Assembly (NCBI GenBank): GCA_963816145.1
Contig: CAWFJP010000002.1
Location: forward strand, 1 to 64,000
Direction of reading: 5' to 3'
Source: an uncultured delta proteobacterium
Lineage (GTDB): Bacteria; Desulfobacterota; Binatia; UBA9968
DNA: 64,000 bases
Every line of letters starts with the position of its first letter. The first letter of the stretch is position 1. The position numbers and the translations under genes were made by a program. The notes below the pieces were generated by a model, which did not search any database, was not told the DNA's origin, and was given only the letters and a program-made list of their open reading frames with translations. This document shows positions 29,163-40,548 of the stretch, one piece after another.

Positions 29163-30425
29163 ATGCATAAAAGTTTGTTTTTTTTAGCGATCTTACTTGT
29201 CGTGCTGCTCTCTGGCGCAACCGCCCATCTGACTGCTCAAACCAAAGACGATTCCTGCGCGACATGCCACTTGGCGCTTGGGATTGAAAAATTGACCAAA
29301 CCTGCCGAATTGTACAAAGCGGATATCCATGCCGCCAAGGGCTTTGGTTGCGCAGCCTGTCATGGTGGCGATGCGAGCGTTATGGGTTTGGAGGGCATGG
29401 ACCGCAAGAAAGGCTATATTGGCAAGCCCGCCGGGCAACAAGTGGTCGAAGTGTGCGGCAAGTGCCATGCTGACGGCGCATTCATGCGCCAGTACAATCC
29501 GAGTTTGCGCGTCGACCAAGTTGCGGAATATTACACCTCCGTCCACGGCAAACGGCTCAAAGAGCTGAAAGATCCTAAAGTGGCAACCTGCGCGAGTTGC
29601 CATAAGCCCCATGCAATACGACCGGCCAACGACGCACGCTCTTCGGTTCATCCGTTGCACGTCGCCGAGACTTGCGGTTCATGTCACGCCAATAAAGACT
29701 ATATGGCGTCGTACAAGATTCCGACCGACCAGTTCGAGCAGTATAAGAAAAGTGTGCACTGGAAGATGATCTCGACTAAAGGCGATCTTTCGGCACCGAC
29801 CTGTAACGATTGTCATGGCAATCATGGTGCCTCGCCGCCGGGAGTATCTTCGGTGGTGAACGTTTGCGGGCAGTGCCATGTGGTTAACTCGGAACTCTTC
29901 AACAAGAGCGGGCATAGCAAGATCTTCGCGCAGATGGGCATTCCCGGTTGCGCCAGCTGTCACAGCAATCACGCCATCCAGGACGCCGGCGATGCCATGC
30001 TCGGCGCCGGTGACAAATCCGCTTGCGCGACTTGTCATCCGCCAACTTCTTCGGGCGCCACTCTCGCCGCCAGTATGCTCGCTTCGATTGAGCGTTTGAA
30101 GAACGATTATGAGAGAACCAACACGCTGCTCGCCACTGCCGAACACGCCGGCATGGAAGTCAGCCAGCCGTTGTTTGAGCTGAATGACGCGAAGACCGCG
30201 TTGATTAAAGCGCGCGCGGCGATCCACGGATTTGACCAGGCGATTCTCGACAAAGAAGTTGCGCCTGGGCTAAAAGTCGCCGAAAAGGCGCATAGCCGAG
30301 CCGTGCGGGCACTTGAGGAGTTGCAGTTTCGGCGCAAGGGCTTAGCGATTTCGGCGCTAATTATCTTTGCGCTGGTCGTGGGTCTGATTCTCAAGATCCG
30401 CCAGATGGAGCGAAGAAGGAAATAG
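29163..30425 (+). CDS. C-terminally membrane-anchored nonaheme cytochrome c
   Basis: Nine CxxCH motifs, signal peptide, helical stalk, TM helix followed by basic tail. Confidence 0.9.
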   Translation: MHKSLFFLAILLVVLLSGATAHLTAQTKDDSCATCHLALGIEKLTKPAELYKADIHAAKGFGCAACHGGDASVMGLEGMDRKKGYIGKPAGQQVVEVCGKCHADGAFMRQYNPSLRVDQVAEYYTSVHGKRLKELKDPKVATCASCHKPHAIRPANDARSSVHPLHVAETCGSCHANKDYMASYKIPTDQFEQYKKSVHWKMISTKGDLSAPTCNDCHGNHGASPPGVSSVVNVCGQCHVVNSELFNKSGHSKIFAQMGIPGCASCHSNHAIQDAGDAMLGAGDKSACATCHPPTSSGATLAASMLASIERLKNDYERTNTLLATAEHAGMEVSQPLFELNDAKTALIKARAAIHGFDQAILDKEVAPGLKVAEKAHSRAVRALEELQFRRKGLAISALIIFALVVGLILKIRQMERRRK

Positions 30426-30446
30426 CCGTAAAGGAAATGTTCTAAC

Positions 30447-30908
30447 ATGGCCAACGACGAAACATCCTTAGCCGTCGATCACGGACGGAGAAACTGGCTC
30501 AACTGGTTCTTGAGCACCACGGCGGGGGCGTTTTTGGTTTCGGTCACCTATCCATTGAGCCGCTATCTGGTTCCACCCGACGTCGAGGAATCGACCGCGC
30601 ATACCGTAACGTTGGCGCTCAAGCCCCAAGAGGTAAAACCGAACAGCGGGCAGATTTTCCGTTTCGGCAGCCAGGCGGGGATTTTAGTTAAAGACTCCAA
30701 TGGGGAGCTGAAAGCGTTTTCCGCGGTGTGCACGCACCTGGCGTGTATCGTGCAATATCGTTCGGACATAAACCAGATCTGGTGTGCTTGTCATAACGGC
30801 CATTTCGATCTCAACGGCAGAAATGTCGAAGGTCCACCGCCCAAGCCATTGGAACAGTTTGTCGTCAATGTCCGGGCCGAGCAAATTGTCGTGAGCAAGA
30901 GAGGCTAA
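30447..30908 (+). CDS. petC: Rieske [2Fe-2S] subunit of a Rieske/cyt b complex
   Basis: Tat-like GRRNWL; CTHLAC and CACHNG boxes; GPPPKPL. Confidence 0.93.
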   Translation: MANDETSLAVDHGRRNWLNWFLSTTAGAFLVSVTYPLSRYLVPPDVEESTAHTVTLALKPQEVKPNSGQIFRFGSQAGILVKDSNGELKAFSAVCTHLACIVQYRSDINQIWCACHNGHFDLNGRNVEGPPPKPLEQFVVNVRAEQIVVSKRG

Positions 30909-30912
30909 TCGG

Positions 30913-32013
30913 ATGGAGCACGACAGCCCAAAGCGCGGCAAACTTTATCTCTGGCTCGATGAACGGGTCGGGTTGAGCGACTTCGCCAAGCTCGCCAAAA
31001 AGAAAGAAGTGCCGCTGCATCGTCATACGTTCTGGTATTATTTCGGTGGCATGACGCTGTTTCTGTTCGCGATCCAGGTTGGCACCGGTATTCTGCTTTT
31101 GCTCTATTATCGTCCCAGCGCCGGCGAGGCTTTCGAGTCGATCCAGTTCATCATGACCGAGGTGCAGTTCGGTTGGCTCGTCCGCTCGATTCATTCCTGG
31201 TCCGCCAATCTGATGATCTTTGCCATGTTCGTTCACCTGTTCAGCGCGCTTCTGCTTAATGCCTACCGGCGCCCGCGCGAAATGACTTGGCTCTCGGGCG
31301 GTGGCTTGCTCGGTCTGAGTCTGGCGTTTGGCTTTACCGGTTACCTCTTGCCATGGAACGAGTTGGCTTTTTTTGCCACCCGGGTCGGCACTGAAATCCC
31401 CGGAGTTATACCGGTGGTCGGGCCATTTGTGCGCCGCTTGCTGCGCGGCGGCAATGAGGTCACCGGGGCGACCTTGACGAGATTTTACGGCGTCCATGTC
31501 GCCATCCTGCCGGCGCTCGTGACCGTTGTCCTTGGGCTCCATCTTTTCCTGGTGCAGAAACACGGCATGAGCCGGCCACCGAGCGTGGAAGGCAGCGGCG
31601 AGGGCAAGCGATCGATGCCGTTTTTCCCGAATTTCTTTTTGCGTGACCTGGTAGGATGGCTCTGTGCCCTCGGCGTGCTCGCAGCTTTGGCGGCTTATTT
31701 TCCAGCCGAGTTGGGTAAAAAGGCAGACCCTTTCCAACCGGCGCCCGTCGGCATCAAGCCTGAATGGTATTTCATGGCTATGTTTCAAACACTGAAACTG
31801 CTGCCGGCGCATATTCTCGGCATCGAGGGTGAGCTTTTGGGTGTTCTCGGATTCGGTATCATCGGGCTAGTCTTGGTGGCCATGCCATTTCTTGACCGGA
31901 GGGCGGCACCCGTTAAAGCGTCGAGCCGCTTGGCTGTCGGGTTCGGGCTGCTATTGATTGTTTATTCGGTGGTTCTAACCTATCTTGGCTATACGATGAG
32001 TGCGACGAAATAA
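30913..32013 (+). CDS. petB: Cytochrome b (unsplit b6+subunit IV-like) of a Rieske/cyt b complex
   Basis: [28 protein letters not shown]...LHL and PEWY. Confidence 0.95.
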   Translation: MEHDSPKRGKLYLWLDERVGLSDFAKLAKKKEVPLHRHTFWYYFGGMTLFLFAIQVGTGILLLLYYRPSAGEAFESIQFIMTEVQFGWLVRSIHSWSANLMIFAMFVHLFSALLLNAYRRPREMTWLSGGGLLGLSLAFGFTGYLLPWNELAFFATRVGTEIPGVIPVVGPFVRRLLRGGNEVTGATLTRFYGVHVAILPALVTVVLGLHLFLVQKHGMSRPPSVEGSGEGKRSMPFFPNFFLRDLVGWLCALGVLAALAAYFPAELGKKADPFQPAPVGIKPEWYFMAMFQTLKLLPAHILGIEGELLGVLGFGIIGLVLVAMPFLDRRAAPVKASSRLAVGFGLLLIVYSVVLTYLGYTMSATK

Positions 32014-32173
32014 CTTGCGCGGTGTCAAAACATAGCCGGGACCGGAAGATATCGGCAATGTATTTGAATTGTTTCGCGGTTGACGGCGTCCAATTCGCAG
32101 ACGGCGTGAGCTCGAATCGGTGCCAACGCGACTGATAAATTTTGTTGATGAAAAGGGAAAGGAAGGAATCGTA

Positions 32174-32506
32174 ATGAGATCTAAAATTGGGCTAACAATC
32201 ATAGGTTTAGGGATTGCGGCTGGGCTGGCTTCGGGGGCCATCGCGGGTGAAGCTGACAGCGGCAAAGCGATTTACGAAAAATCTTGCATGGGGTGCCACG
32301 GTGCGGATGGTAAAGGTAATGAGAAGATGGCGAAAATTCCAGGCTTCGAAAAAGGCCTAAATATCGTCGGTGCCGACGTCAAAAAGAAGTCTGACGAGCA
32401 ATTGCTCAAACTCATCGCCGAAGGCGCCGGGAAAATGCCCCCTTCCAAGCTTACCAAAGAGGAGCAAAAACAGGCCTTGGCTTATGCTCGAACTTTGGCT
32501 AAATAA
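32174..32506 (+). CDS. Periplasmic class I monoheme cytochrome c
   Basis: Signal peptide, CMGCH, distal GKMP. Confidence 0.9.
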   Translation: MRSKIGLTIIGLGIAAGLASGAIAGEADSGKAIYEKSCMGCHGADGKGNEKMAKIPGFEKGLNIVGADVKKKSDEQLLKLIAEGAGKMPPSKLTKEEQKQALAYARTLAK

Positions 32507-32582
32507 CTCGTTTTCACGACGAGCGATTGTCACACCCAGTGGGGACGACGCCGCGCGGACTTAGTGTCTGTCGGCGTTGACC

Positions 32583-32774
32583 TCATGCGGTGACAAGAGC
32601 GATGAGATAGATCGCTATGCCAGCCAAAACGAGAACGCCGCCGAGAATGATGAAAAGTAAAAAGCTCGTTGGATGAGACCAATTGAGAGATATCCCTTCA
32701 ACCGCCAGACCGGCGATTAACAAGTAAGCTGCTGTCTTCAGTTTGCGCTGCAAGCGCGATTCGTTCTCGGTCAT
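32583..32774 (-). CDS. Small 2-TM membrane protein coupled to the NapC-like gene
   Basis: Two hydrophobic helices; ATGA overlap at 32771-32774. Confidence 0.65.
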   Translation of the reverse strand: MTENESRLQRKLKTAAYLLIAGLAVEGISLNWSHPTSFLLFIILGGVLVLAGIAIYLIALVTA

Positions 32775-33379
32775 GCCCCCGGCCCTTTCCATTTCTTTGT
32801 TTTATCGATGTTTGCCACGTCGTGAATCTTTGTGTGGCAGGTCAAGCAAGACATATCGTTGGACGTTAGCTGTTCCTTCATTTCTTTGTGCGGCGAGCTG
32901 TCTTCATAGGATCGCCCGTTGGCATGGCAATGCAAGCATTCCCGGTTCTTGAACGGTTCGTAAAGCGCCAGTTTTGCCGGCGTGGGCTTGAAGTAATACA
33001 CATAAAGATGCCTCAAACCGCGCAGCTTGGCATTGACGTCGCCGAACATCGTGTAGTCGGTATGGCAGGTGAAACACGCGTGGTCTTTGGGTATACGGTT
33101 GTTTTGGAAATGGGCAGCAGGAACATACTTCGGGTCATCAATGTAAAGGCTCTGGCCATGGGCCTGCATGACGTGGCAAGACAAGCAGAACTGCGTTGAC
33201 GTCGAGTTCTCTAAATGAATCGAAGTGCCCAAGACCGTCGCCACGATAGGCAGGATAAAGAACGCGATGAAGGCGACAATCTTGCCGCCTTGTGCCGCCG
33301 TGATGGAAGGCCGCAGCAGCAATAGGCCGATCAGAATGATACTTAAAGTGATGACGGTAGCGACTGCGTATGTTGCCAA
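32771..33379 (-). CDS. NapC/NirT/CymA-family membrane tetraheme cytochrome c
   Basis: N-terminal TM helices; FCLSCHVM, CFTCH, CLHCH, CLTCH. Confidence 0.88.
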   Translation of the reverse strand: MATYAVATVITLSIILIGLLLLRPSITAAQGGKIVAFIAFFILPIVATVLGTSIHLENSTSTQFCLSCHVMQAHGQSLYIDDPKYVPAAHFQNNRIPKDHACFTCHTDYTMFGDVNAKLRGLRHLYVYYFKPTPAKLALYEPFKNRECLHCHANGRSYEDSSPHKEMKEQLTSNDMSCLTCHTKIHDVANIDKTKKWKGPGA

Positions 33380-33552
33380 GGATTATTTCCTTTCGGTCGA
33401 TGTCGGAGTCCCCTGCTCCCTCGATTCGTCGATCCCTTTCAGGATATAACCAATGGTCGTCAAAATATCCAGCAGAAGTTGCAATTGAGTTCTTCCACCA
33501 AGGTCATGAATGGAATTGATTTTCTCTCCCAGCAGGGTTTTTCAACCGACGA

Positions 33553-33750
33553 GTGAAAGTATCACAGCAGCCAGCGGATGTCATTTTCGAGGAACTGGCG
33601 GGAGCCGAGGCCGAGCAGATTTTGCGCCAGCTGCAGAATTATCCCGAAGTGAAAGTCGTGCCGCACGTCGATGGCTCGTTCATTATTGAAGCTACGCGCC
33701 GGGCGTTGGCGAGAGCGGGCTACGATTTGGAGTTGTTAGAAAAACTTTAG
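33553..33750 (+). CDS. Small hypothetical protein (65 aa)
   Basis: Protein-like composition; fills the intergenic gap; no recognised motif. Confidence 0.45.
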   Translation: MKVSQQPADVIFEELAGAEAEQILRQLQNYPEVKVVPHVDGSFIIEATRRALARAGYDLELLEKL

Positions 33751-33773
33751 CCGTTGCGCTTTGGTTCCGTGTG

Positions 33774-36316
33774 TCACCGACGACTTCGTGCGAACTTGAC
33801 GATCTCAAACCAGAGAGCGCTAAAGATTCCTGCGCCCAGACAAATTGCCAACTCACTGGCGGGCAAGCCAGAGAAACGGAAAACCTCGCGCAGATAGGGC
33901 ACGTAAAGTACCGCCGCAAGAAAGATGAGCCCGCCGCTGACGACCCACCAAAGAGCCGGGTTGGGTGTGCGCAAAGTGGCGAATGCATGCCGCGACATAG
34001 AGCGGTTCGCGAAGATCAAGCCAAGCATGCCTAGCACTAAAGTGACGAAGCTCGCGGCGCGTGCCGCTGCTTCATTGTGGCCTCGGTAAAGCGCAAACCC
34101 CAGAACCGCCAATACGCCGAGCAAAACAATCGATCCCTGGAGCAGGCTCGAGCAGATCTTTTTAGCGCCGAAAAGCGGCTCCTGCGGATCCCGCGGCGGC
34201 CGGTTCATGACATCCGATTCTTCGGGCTCGGCTTCAAAGGCGATCGAACAGGCGGGATCGATAATCAGTTCAAGAAAGACGATGTGCACAGGTGAAAGCA
34301 CGAGCGGCCAGTCAAGAATCAATGGCACCAACGCCAGTCCCGCGATCGGCACATGGATGGAGAAAATAAACGCCAGGGCTTTCTGCAGATTATCAAAGAT
34401 GCGTCGGCCCGAGCGAATAGCATCAACGATGGTGGCGAAGTCGTCGTCGAGGATAACCAGTGAGGCTGCCTCGCGCGCCACGTCCGTGCCGCGCCCGCCC
34501 ATGGCGATGCCGATATGCGCGGCCTTCAGTGCCGGCGCGTCGTTGACGCCGTCGCCGGTCATCGCGACGATCTCGCCGTTGGCTTTGAACGCCTCGCACC
34601 AGTTTCAATTTTTGTTCGGGTAGAACCCGGGCGAAGACCTGCGTGACACCGATGCGGCGGCGCAGTTCGCCTTCAGCCATGCGTTCGATGTCGGCGCCGA
34701 TAAGAATTTCGCTCCCCGAATCCAGGCCGATCTTACGCGCGATGGCCTGCGCGGTGGACGGATAGTCGCCGGTAATCATGACGACTTTGATGCCGGCCTG
34801 GTTACACGCCTTGATTGCGGCCGGAACCGCAGGCCGCACGGGATCGGATAGGCCGACGAGTCCGAGAAACTTGAAATCAAAATCATGCTGGCTGGCTGGC
34901 CAGCTGCTGCCGGTAAAAGCTCCGCGCGCAACACCAAGAACCCGCAGGCCGTCCGCCGCTATGGTATCGACCTGTGCCGCGAGCTCGGCGCGTTGTTTGG
35001 GATCGAAGTGACAAAGATCGGCAACCGCTTCCGGCGCGCCCTTGGTGGCGATGGCGTACTCTTCGCTGCTTGATAATTGCCAAACATGGGAGAGTGCCAG
35101 CAGGTCCGGTGCGAGAGAGTACTCGTGCGCCAGGGTCCAATCTTTAAATCTCGCGCCGTGATCGAGATATCGGTCACCGACTTCCTTGAAAGCTTTTTCC
35201 ATCGGGTCGAATGGATCGGTCTCGCTGGCGAGAACCGAGAATCGCACCAGCTCGTGAAACTTCTGAGGCAATGTTTCGTCCTGGGTTGTGTCCACCTCAT
35301 AGAAATCCCCGGCCGGCGAAAAGTTTGCCCACCGACATGCGGTTAAGGGTCAGCGTGCCGGTCTTGTCGACACACAAAACGGTTGCCGAACCGAGAGTTT
35401 CAATGGCCGGCATGCGCCGGGTGAGAACCCGTTTCTGCGACATGCGCCAAGCGCCGAGCGCGAGAAAAACCGTGAGCACGACGGGAATTTCTTCAGGGAG
35501 GAGAGCCATGGCGAGCGCGATGCCGACCAGGAATCCTTGGAGCCAATTGCCGCGCGTTAAACCATAGAGAATCACCGCCAAAGCGCAGAGAGAGAGCCCC
35601 ACAGCGGCTAAGTTACGGATGAGCCCGGCGGATTTCTTTTGCAGGAAGGTCTCGTCGGTTTCCAGCGTTTGCAGCGCCTTGCCGATTTTGCCAATTTCGG
35701 TTCCCGTGCCGGTCTTGAGCACTCTGGCGACGCCACGGCCCTGGACGAGCATGGTGCCGGAATAGACGAAGGGCAAGTCATCTCCGCCCGGGCGAGCGAT
35801 TTCTTGCTTGCCGTTCCAATTCGCCTTGCGCACCGGCACAGATTCCCCGGTGAGCAAGGATTCGTCCGCTGCCAGATCGTTGCAGGACAAGATGACGGCG
35901 TCAGCGGGCACTCGGTCACCTTCGGTGAGCAGCAAAATATCGTCGGGCACCACTTCCCGCCCGGCAATGCGTATCTGTTCGCCGTCGCGGATGACGAGCG
36001 CGCGTGGACTGGAAAAATCTCGCAGTGCCTCCAGCGCTCGCTCGGTTTTTCGCTCTTGAAAAATCGTGATCACCATGATGACCAAGATCGACGCAGCGAG
36101 AATCAGGGCTTCCCGCAGGTCGCCGAGAGTCAAGTAGAGAATGCTGGCGGCGATGAGCAGCGCAAACATCGGCTCGCGGGCAACGCTAAGGGCAATGGCG
36201 AAGGTGCCGCGGCGGTTGGAGGAAGGAAGTTCGTTGTAACCGTGGGCCCGAAGTCGCTCCTCGACTTCTTGGCTCGAAAGTCCACTGGGCGGCGTATCGT
36301 TAGACTGGGTATTCAT
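33774..36316 (-). pseudogene. P2-type cation-transporting ATPase split by two +1 frameshifts (pseudogene or sequence error)
   Basis: Consecutive fragments carry TGES/PEEIP/DKTGT, KGAPE/TGD and GDGVNDAP; one extra base near 35311 and one near 34596. Confidence 0.8.
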
Positions 36317-36348
36317 CGTTGTAAGCGCCGGGTGCGCGCTAATCCGGT

Positions 36349-39045
36349 TTACGTCAATTCCCCGAACCAGCCGCGCCGTTCCATCCACTTGGCCAGTTCC
36401 AACACCGGTAGGATCGTCAATGCTCCACTCAAGACAACGGCCCAGTCTATCATCGGCAAGCTGAAGGTGCCGAAGGGTTGTTGGAGAATTGGCGTATAAA
36501 TGACGACAACCAGTAGGGCGATTTCCCAAGCGACTGCGCGGTTCAACCACTTATTGGCGAACGGCCGTATGAGCACCGAATGGCGCTCGGAGCGAAAACA
36601 ATAGGCTTTGAGAAACTGGATGAGCACCAGCGACACAAAGGTCATGGTCATCGCCTCATTGACATCGGACCGTGCAGATAATGCCCAAGTGAATAGCCCG
36701 ATGTTGATGAGGGCCGACCATAGACCGCCGACGACCATCAATGTGACGACTGGCCGGGTGAAGATACCGGTTCGTGAGTCGCGCGGGGGCCGTTGCATCA
36801 GATCGCGCTCAGGCGGATCTACGGCGAGGGCCAATGCCGGCAGTCCATCGGTGGCCAGGTTGACGTAGAGGATTTGCACGGCACTGAGCGGTAACGGCAG
36901 GCCAAAGACGGCGGCGCCAATCATGAGGCCGATCTCGCCGATGTTGGACGAAATCAGAAACATCAAATATTTCTTGATATTGTCAAAGACGCCTCGGCCT
37001 TCTTCGACGGCGGCAACGATGGAAGCAAAGTTGTCGTCGATGAGCGTCATCGCCGCGGCCTCCTTGCTCACGTCGGTGCCGGTGATTCCCATGGCGATGC
37101 CGATGTCGGCTTTCTTGAGCGCGGGCGCGTCGTTAACGCCGTCGCCGGTCATGGCGACGATGTGCCGATTGCCTTGCAGAGCGGTGACCACGCGAAGTTT
37201 GTCGGCCGGCGAGACCCGGGCGTATACCTCGATGTCTTCCACTTGGGCGGCCAAATCAACGTCGCTGATCGCCGCCAATTCAGCGCCAGTGATTGCACGG
37301 CCATTTCTGAGCACGCCAAGTTCCCGGGCGATGGACTGCGCCGTGAGCGGATGATCGCCGGTGATCATTACCGGTTTGATGCCCGCTTGGCCGCATATCC
37401 GGATCGAGGTCTGAGCCTCCGGGCGTGGTGGATCGATCATGCCGGCCAAACCGAGGAAGATCATCTCCTGTTCCGCTTCTTGTGGCGTCGCATTGGGTCT
37501 ATAGGCAATCGCCAATACCCGAAGCGCTTCACTCGCCATTTCCTGTGAAGCATCTAGGATGAGCTTCTGTGTCGTGCCATCCAAGCTAGTTTCACCAATC
37601 TCGGTCAACTGTTTCGTGCAGGAGGCGAGGAGGATCTCAGGCGCGCCTTTGGCGTAGGCGATGATGCCACCGTTGGCCTTGTGCAAGGTGGTCATGCGTT
37701 TGCTTTCGGAAGTGAACGGGATTTCATGCACGCGGGGAAAGCGTTTTTCGAGTGCTGTTTTGTCGAGGCCTGCCTTCGCCGCCGCTACCACCAGCGCGCC
37801 CTCGGTGGGATCGCCTTTGATCTGCCAACCTCGCGCTGAAGCTGCGCCCGAGTCGCCGCCGTTATCGATGGGCAGCAGATCAGCATCGGATGCGAGCGCC
37901 GCGGCGGTCAGTAAAGTCATGAGGGGGCTGGAAGGTTCGATCGTGGCACCATTCCGTGAGAAGTTGCCGTGGGGCTCATAGCCGGTGCCGGTGACCTCGA
38001 GCATTTGCCCGGCGACAAATATCTTGCGCACCGTCATCTCATCTTTCGTCAAAGTCCCGGTCTTATCCGAGCAGATGACCGACACGCTTCCCAAAGTTTC
38101 GACTGCGGGCAGCCGGCGGACTAAGGCGTTGCGTTTGACCATTCGTTGGACGCCGATGGCGAGGGAGATCGTGACCACCGCCGGAAGGGCCTCGGGGACC
38201 ACGGCAACCGCGAGGGCAATTCCGAAAATGAACATTTCGAGCAGCGGCTGACCACGCAGTACTGCGAGGATGACGATCATCGCCACCACCGCTAGCGCAG
38301 CTTGGGCGAGTATGCGCCCGACTTTGTCCAAGTTGATTTGCAGCGGTGTCCTGCCACTCTGGACGGTTTCGAGTAGCTGGGCGATTTTGCCGAACTCGGT
38401 GCGCGTGCCGGTGGCAATCACTACCGCACGGCCGCGCCCGTAAGTGATGGCGGTGCCCGCATGAACCATGTTGCGCCGGTCGCCCACCGGCAGGTCATCC
38501 TTCAAGATCGCGTCAGTTTGTTTTTCAATTGGCAGCGATTCGCCGGTGAGCGGTGCTTCATCCGCTCGTAGATTCATGGCAACGAGCACCCGTGCGTCGG
38601 CGGGAACTTTGTTACCGGTATTCAAAATAACAATGTCTCCCGGCACGAGATTGCGTGCCGGGATATCGGTTTCGTTGCCATCTCGGATTACGGTCGCATT
38701 GGGCGCGGCCATCTGGCGCAGCGCGTCGATCGCGCGTTCGGCGCGGTATTCTTGATAAAATCCTAGCAGGACAGCGAAAAGAACGATGACGGCGATGGCA
38801 ATCGCCTCAAGGGTGTGGCCGAGGAATGCCGAGAGCGTCACAGCGACGAGCAGGATAATGACCAGAACGTTTTTGAACTGCTCCAGGAAAATCGTCCACG
38901 GCGAGACTCGATGCCCGGCCTCAATTTCATTGGGGCCGTACTCCAGCAATCGGCGCTGCGATTCAGCTGCGCTGAGGCCGCGAGTCGCCTCGCTGCCTAG
39001 CTGGCGGAGCAGGTCGTCGATTGGCAATTGGTACCACTGAGTCAT
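36349..39045 (-). CDS. P2A-type (Ca2+-like) cation-transporting ATPase
   Basis: [40 protein letters not shown]. Confidence 0.93.
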   Translation of the reverse strand: MTQWYQLPIDDLLRQLGSEATRGLSAAESQRRLLEYGPNEIEAGHRVSPWTIFLEQFKNVLVIILLVAVTLSAFLGHTLEAIAIAVIVLFAVLLGFYQEYRAERAIDALRQMAAPNATVIRDGNETDIPARNLVPGDIVILNTGNKVPADARVLVAMNLRADEAPLTGESLPIEKQTDAILKDDLPVGDRRNMVHAGTAITYGRGRAVVIATGTRTEFGKIAQLLETVQSGRTPLQINLDKVGRILAQAALAVVAMIVILAVLRGQPLLEMFIFGIALAVAVVPEALPAVVTISLAIGVQRMVKRNALVRRLPAVETLGSVSVICSDKTGTLTKDEMTVRKIFVAGQMLEVTGTGYEPHGNFSRNGATIEPSSPLMTLLTAAALASDADLLPIDNGGDSGAASARGWQIKGDPTEGALVVAAAKAGLDKTALEKRFPRVHEIPFTSESKRMTTLHKANGGIIAYAKGAPEILLASCTKQLTEIGETSLDGTTQKLILDASQEMASEALRVLAIAYRPNATPQEAEQEMIFLGLAGMIDPPRPEAQTSIRICGQAGIKPVMITGDHPLTAQSIARELGVLRNGRAITGAELAAISDVDLAAQVEDIEVYARVSPADKLRVVTALQGNRHIVAMTGDGVNDAPALKKADIGIAMGITGTDVSKEAAAMTLIDDNFASIVAAVEEGRGVFDNIKKYLMFLISSNIGEIGLMIGAAVFGLPLPLSAVQILYVNLATDGLPALALAVDPPERDLMQRPPRDSRTGIFTRPVVTLMVVGGLWSALINIGLFTWALSARSDVNEAMTMTFVSLVLIQFLKAYCFRSERHSVLIRPFANKWLNRAVAWEIALLVVVIYTPILQQPFGTFSLPMIDWAVVLSGALTILPVLELAKWMERRGWFGELT

Positions 39046-39048
39046 GTC

Positions 39049-40401
39049 TCACGATGGTTTGAAAGCCGGGACGTGCGCCTGAAGAAACGTCGTGATGATT
39101 TCCGCCAAGTCGGGATGGCTGATTTCTTCAAGGTCGTAGCGCACCCGGCACGCGGGTTTGGGCAACTTGATCAGCCGGGCGAGGTCGATGGGAGTGGCGA
39201 CGATGATCGAATCGCAGTCCGCTGCTTCGATCGTTGCCCGCAAATCCGCTAACTGCGACGAAGAGTATCCCATCGCCGGCAATGCCCGCTGAATCCAAGG
39301 GCAGCGCGCATAAATCTCGATCAGACTTCCTTTGGCGCAGTCTCTGGCATCGACGATTTCCGCGGCGCCGTAACGATGGGCGGCGACGACTCCTGAGCCA
39401 TAGGCCATTTCGCCATGGGTTAACGTTGGGCCGTCCTCGATCACCAGGACTTTTTTGCCGTTGATCAACTCCGGCCGATCGACGCTGACCGTCGAGCGGG
39501 CCTGAATCACGCGTGCGCTGGGATTGACTGCCGCGATGTTCGCCAACACTTGCTGCACGCCGGCTATCGGAGCGGAATCCATTTTATTGACGATCAGCAC
39601 CTGAGCGCGGCGCAGGTTGGTTTCACCCGGATGGTAGAGCAACTCGTGGCCGGCGCGGTGCGGATCGAGGACGACGATTTCCAAGTCGGAGCGATAGAAC
39701 GGCCAGTCGTTGTTGCCGCCGTCCCACAGAATCACGTCAGCTTCTTTCTCCGCTTCGGCAAGTATTTGCGCGTAATCAACGCCGGCGTAGACGATCACGC
39801 CTTCCCTTATGTGTTGTTCATATTCTTCTCGCTCTTCGATGGTGCAATTGTGGCGGTCGCAATCTTCCACCGTGGCAAAGCGTTGCACCGCTTGCGCGGC
39901 GAGATCGCCGTAGGGCATCGGATGGCGCACGACCACGGGGCGGAGACTCCGTTGTCGCAATAACGCTGCAATACGCCGGACCACTGAGTCTTTGCCGCAA
40001 CCGGTGCGCACCGCGCAGACGGAAATCACCGGCCGCGATGACGCCAGCGAACTGCGCTCCGGACCGATCAAGCGAAAATCTGCGCCGCATGCTAAGACAC
40101 GCGAAGCCAGGTGCATTACGGCGACATGAGACAGGTCGCTATAGGCCAGGACCGCTTGGTCGACACGGAATTCACGGATCAACGCTTCAAGTTCCCGTTC
40201 CGCAAAGATCGGAATACCGTTGGGGTAGAGCGGCCCGCTGAGCGACGCAGGGTAGCGGCGCATCTCGATTCCAGGTATCTGCGCGGCGGTGAAGGCGATC
40301 ACCTGGAAGATAGCATCGCCGCGGAAGCAAGTATTGAATATGTGAAAGTCGCGGCCGGCAGCGCCAAGTATAATAACGCATTCGGGATTGGCTGGTGTCA
40401 T
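39049..40401 (-). CDS. COG2403 P-loop enzyme (arginine synthetase ArcE-like; cyclic-2,3-DPG synthetase superfamily)
   Basis: GAAGRDFH, AVRTGCGK, RHPMPYGDL, TIEEREEYE, WDGGNND, EDGPTLTHG and PAMGY. Confidence 0.8.
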   Translation of the reverse strand: MTPANPECVIILGAAGRDFHIFNTCFRGDAIFQVIAFTAAQIPGIEMRRYPASLSGPLYPNGIPIFAERELEALIREFRVDQAVLAYSDLSHVAVMHLASRVLACGADFRLIGPERSSLASSRPVISVCAVRTGCGKDSVVRRIAALLRQRSLRPVVVRHPMPYGDLAAQAVQRFATVEDCDRHNCTIEEREEYEQHIREGVIVYAGVDYAQILAEAEKEADVILWDGGNNDWPFYRSDLEIVVLDPHRAGHELLYHPGETNLRRAQVLIVNKMDSAPIAGVQQVLANIAAVNPSARVIQARSTVSVDRPELINGKKVLVIEDGPTLTHGEMAYGSGVVAAHRYGAAEIVDARDCAKGSLIEIYARCPWIQRALPAMGYSSSQLADLRATIEAADCDSIIVATPIDLARLIKLPKPACRVRYDLEEISHPDLAEIITTFLQAHVPAFKPS

Positions 40402-40463
40402 CGGAATTCTCGCTTCAATAAATTTCTAAAGCTTGTTTACTGGCGAGTGCCATGCAGAGTTTG

Positions 40464-40479
40464 AGCAAGAGATATGCCG
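40464..40479 (-). promoter_or_regulatory. Candidate sigma-54 promoter (ArcE-like/ATPase operon)
   Basis: Minus strand CGGCATATCTCTTGCT = GG-N10-GC. Confidence 0.65.
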
Positions 40480-40548
40480 TATTGGCATCTTCAATCTTCT
40501 TCGAAAATACATGTGCAGGGATGAACCGGGAGACGACAGCGCGGAGGT

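Noticed and set aside
34423-35320. Programmed ribosomal frameshifting in the split ATPase
   Set aside because: No slippery heptamer at either junction; two independent shifts would be needed.
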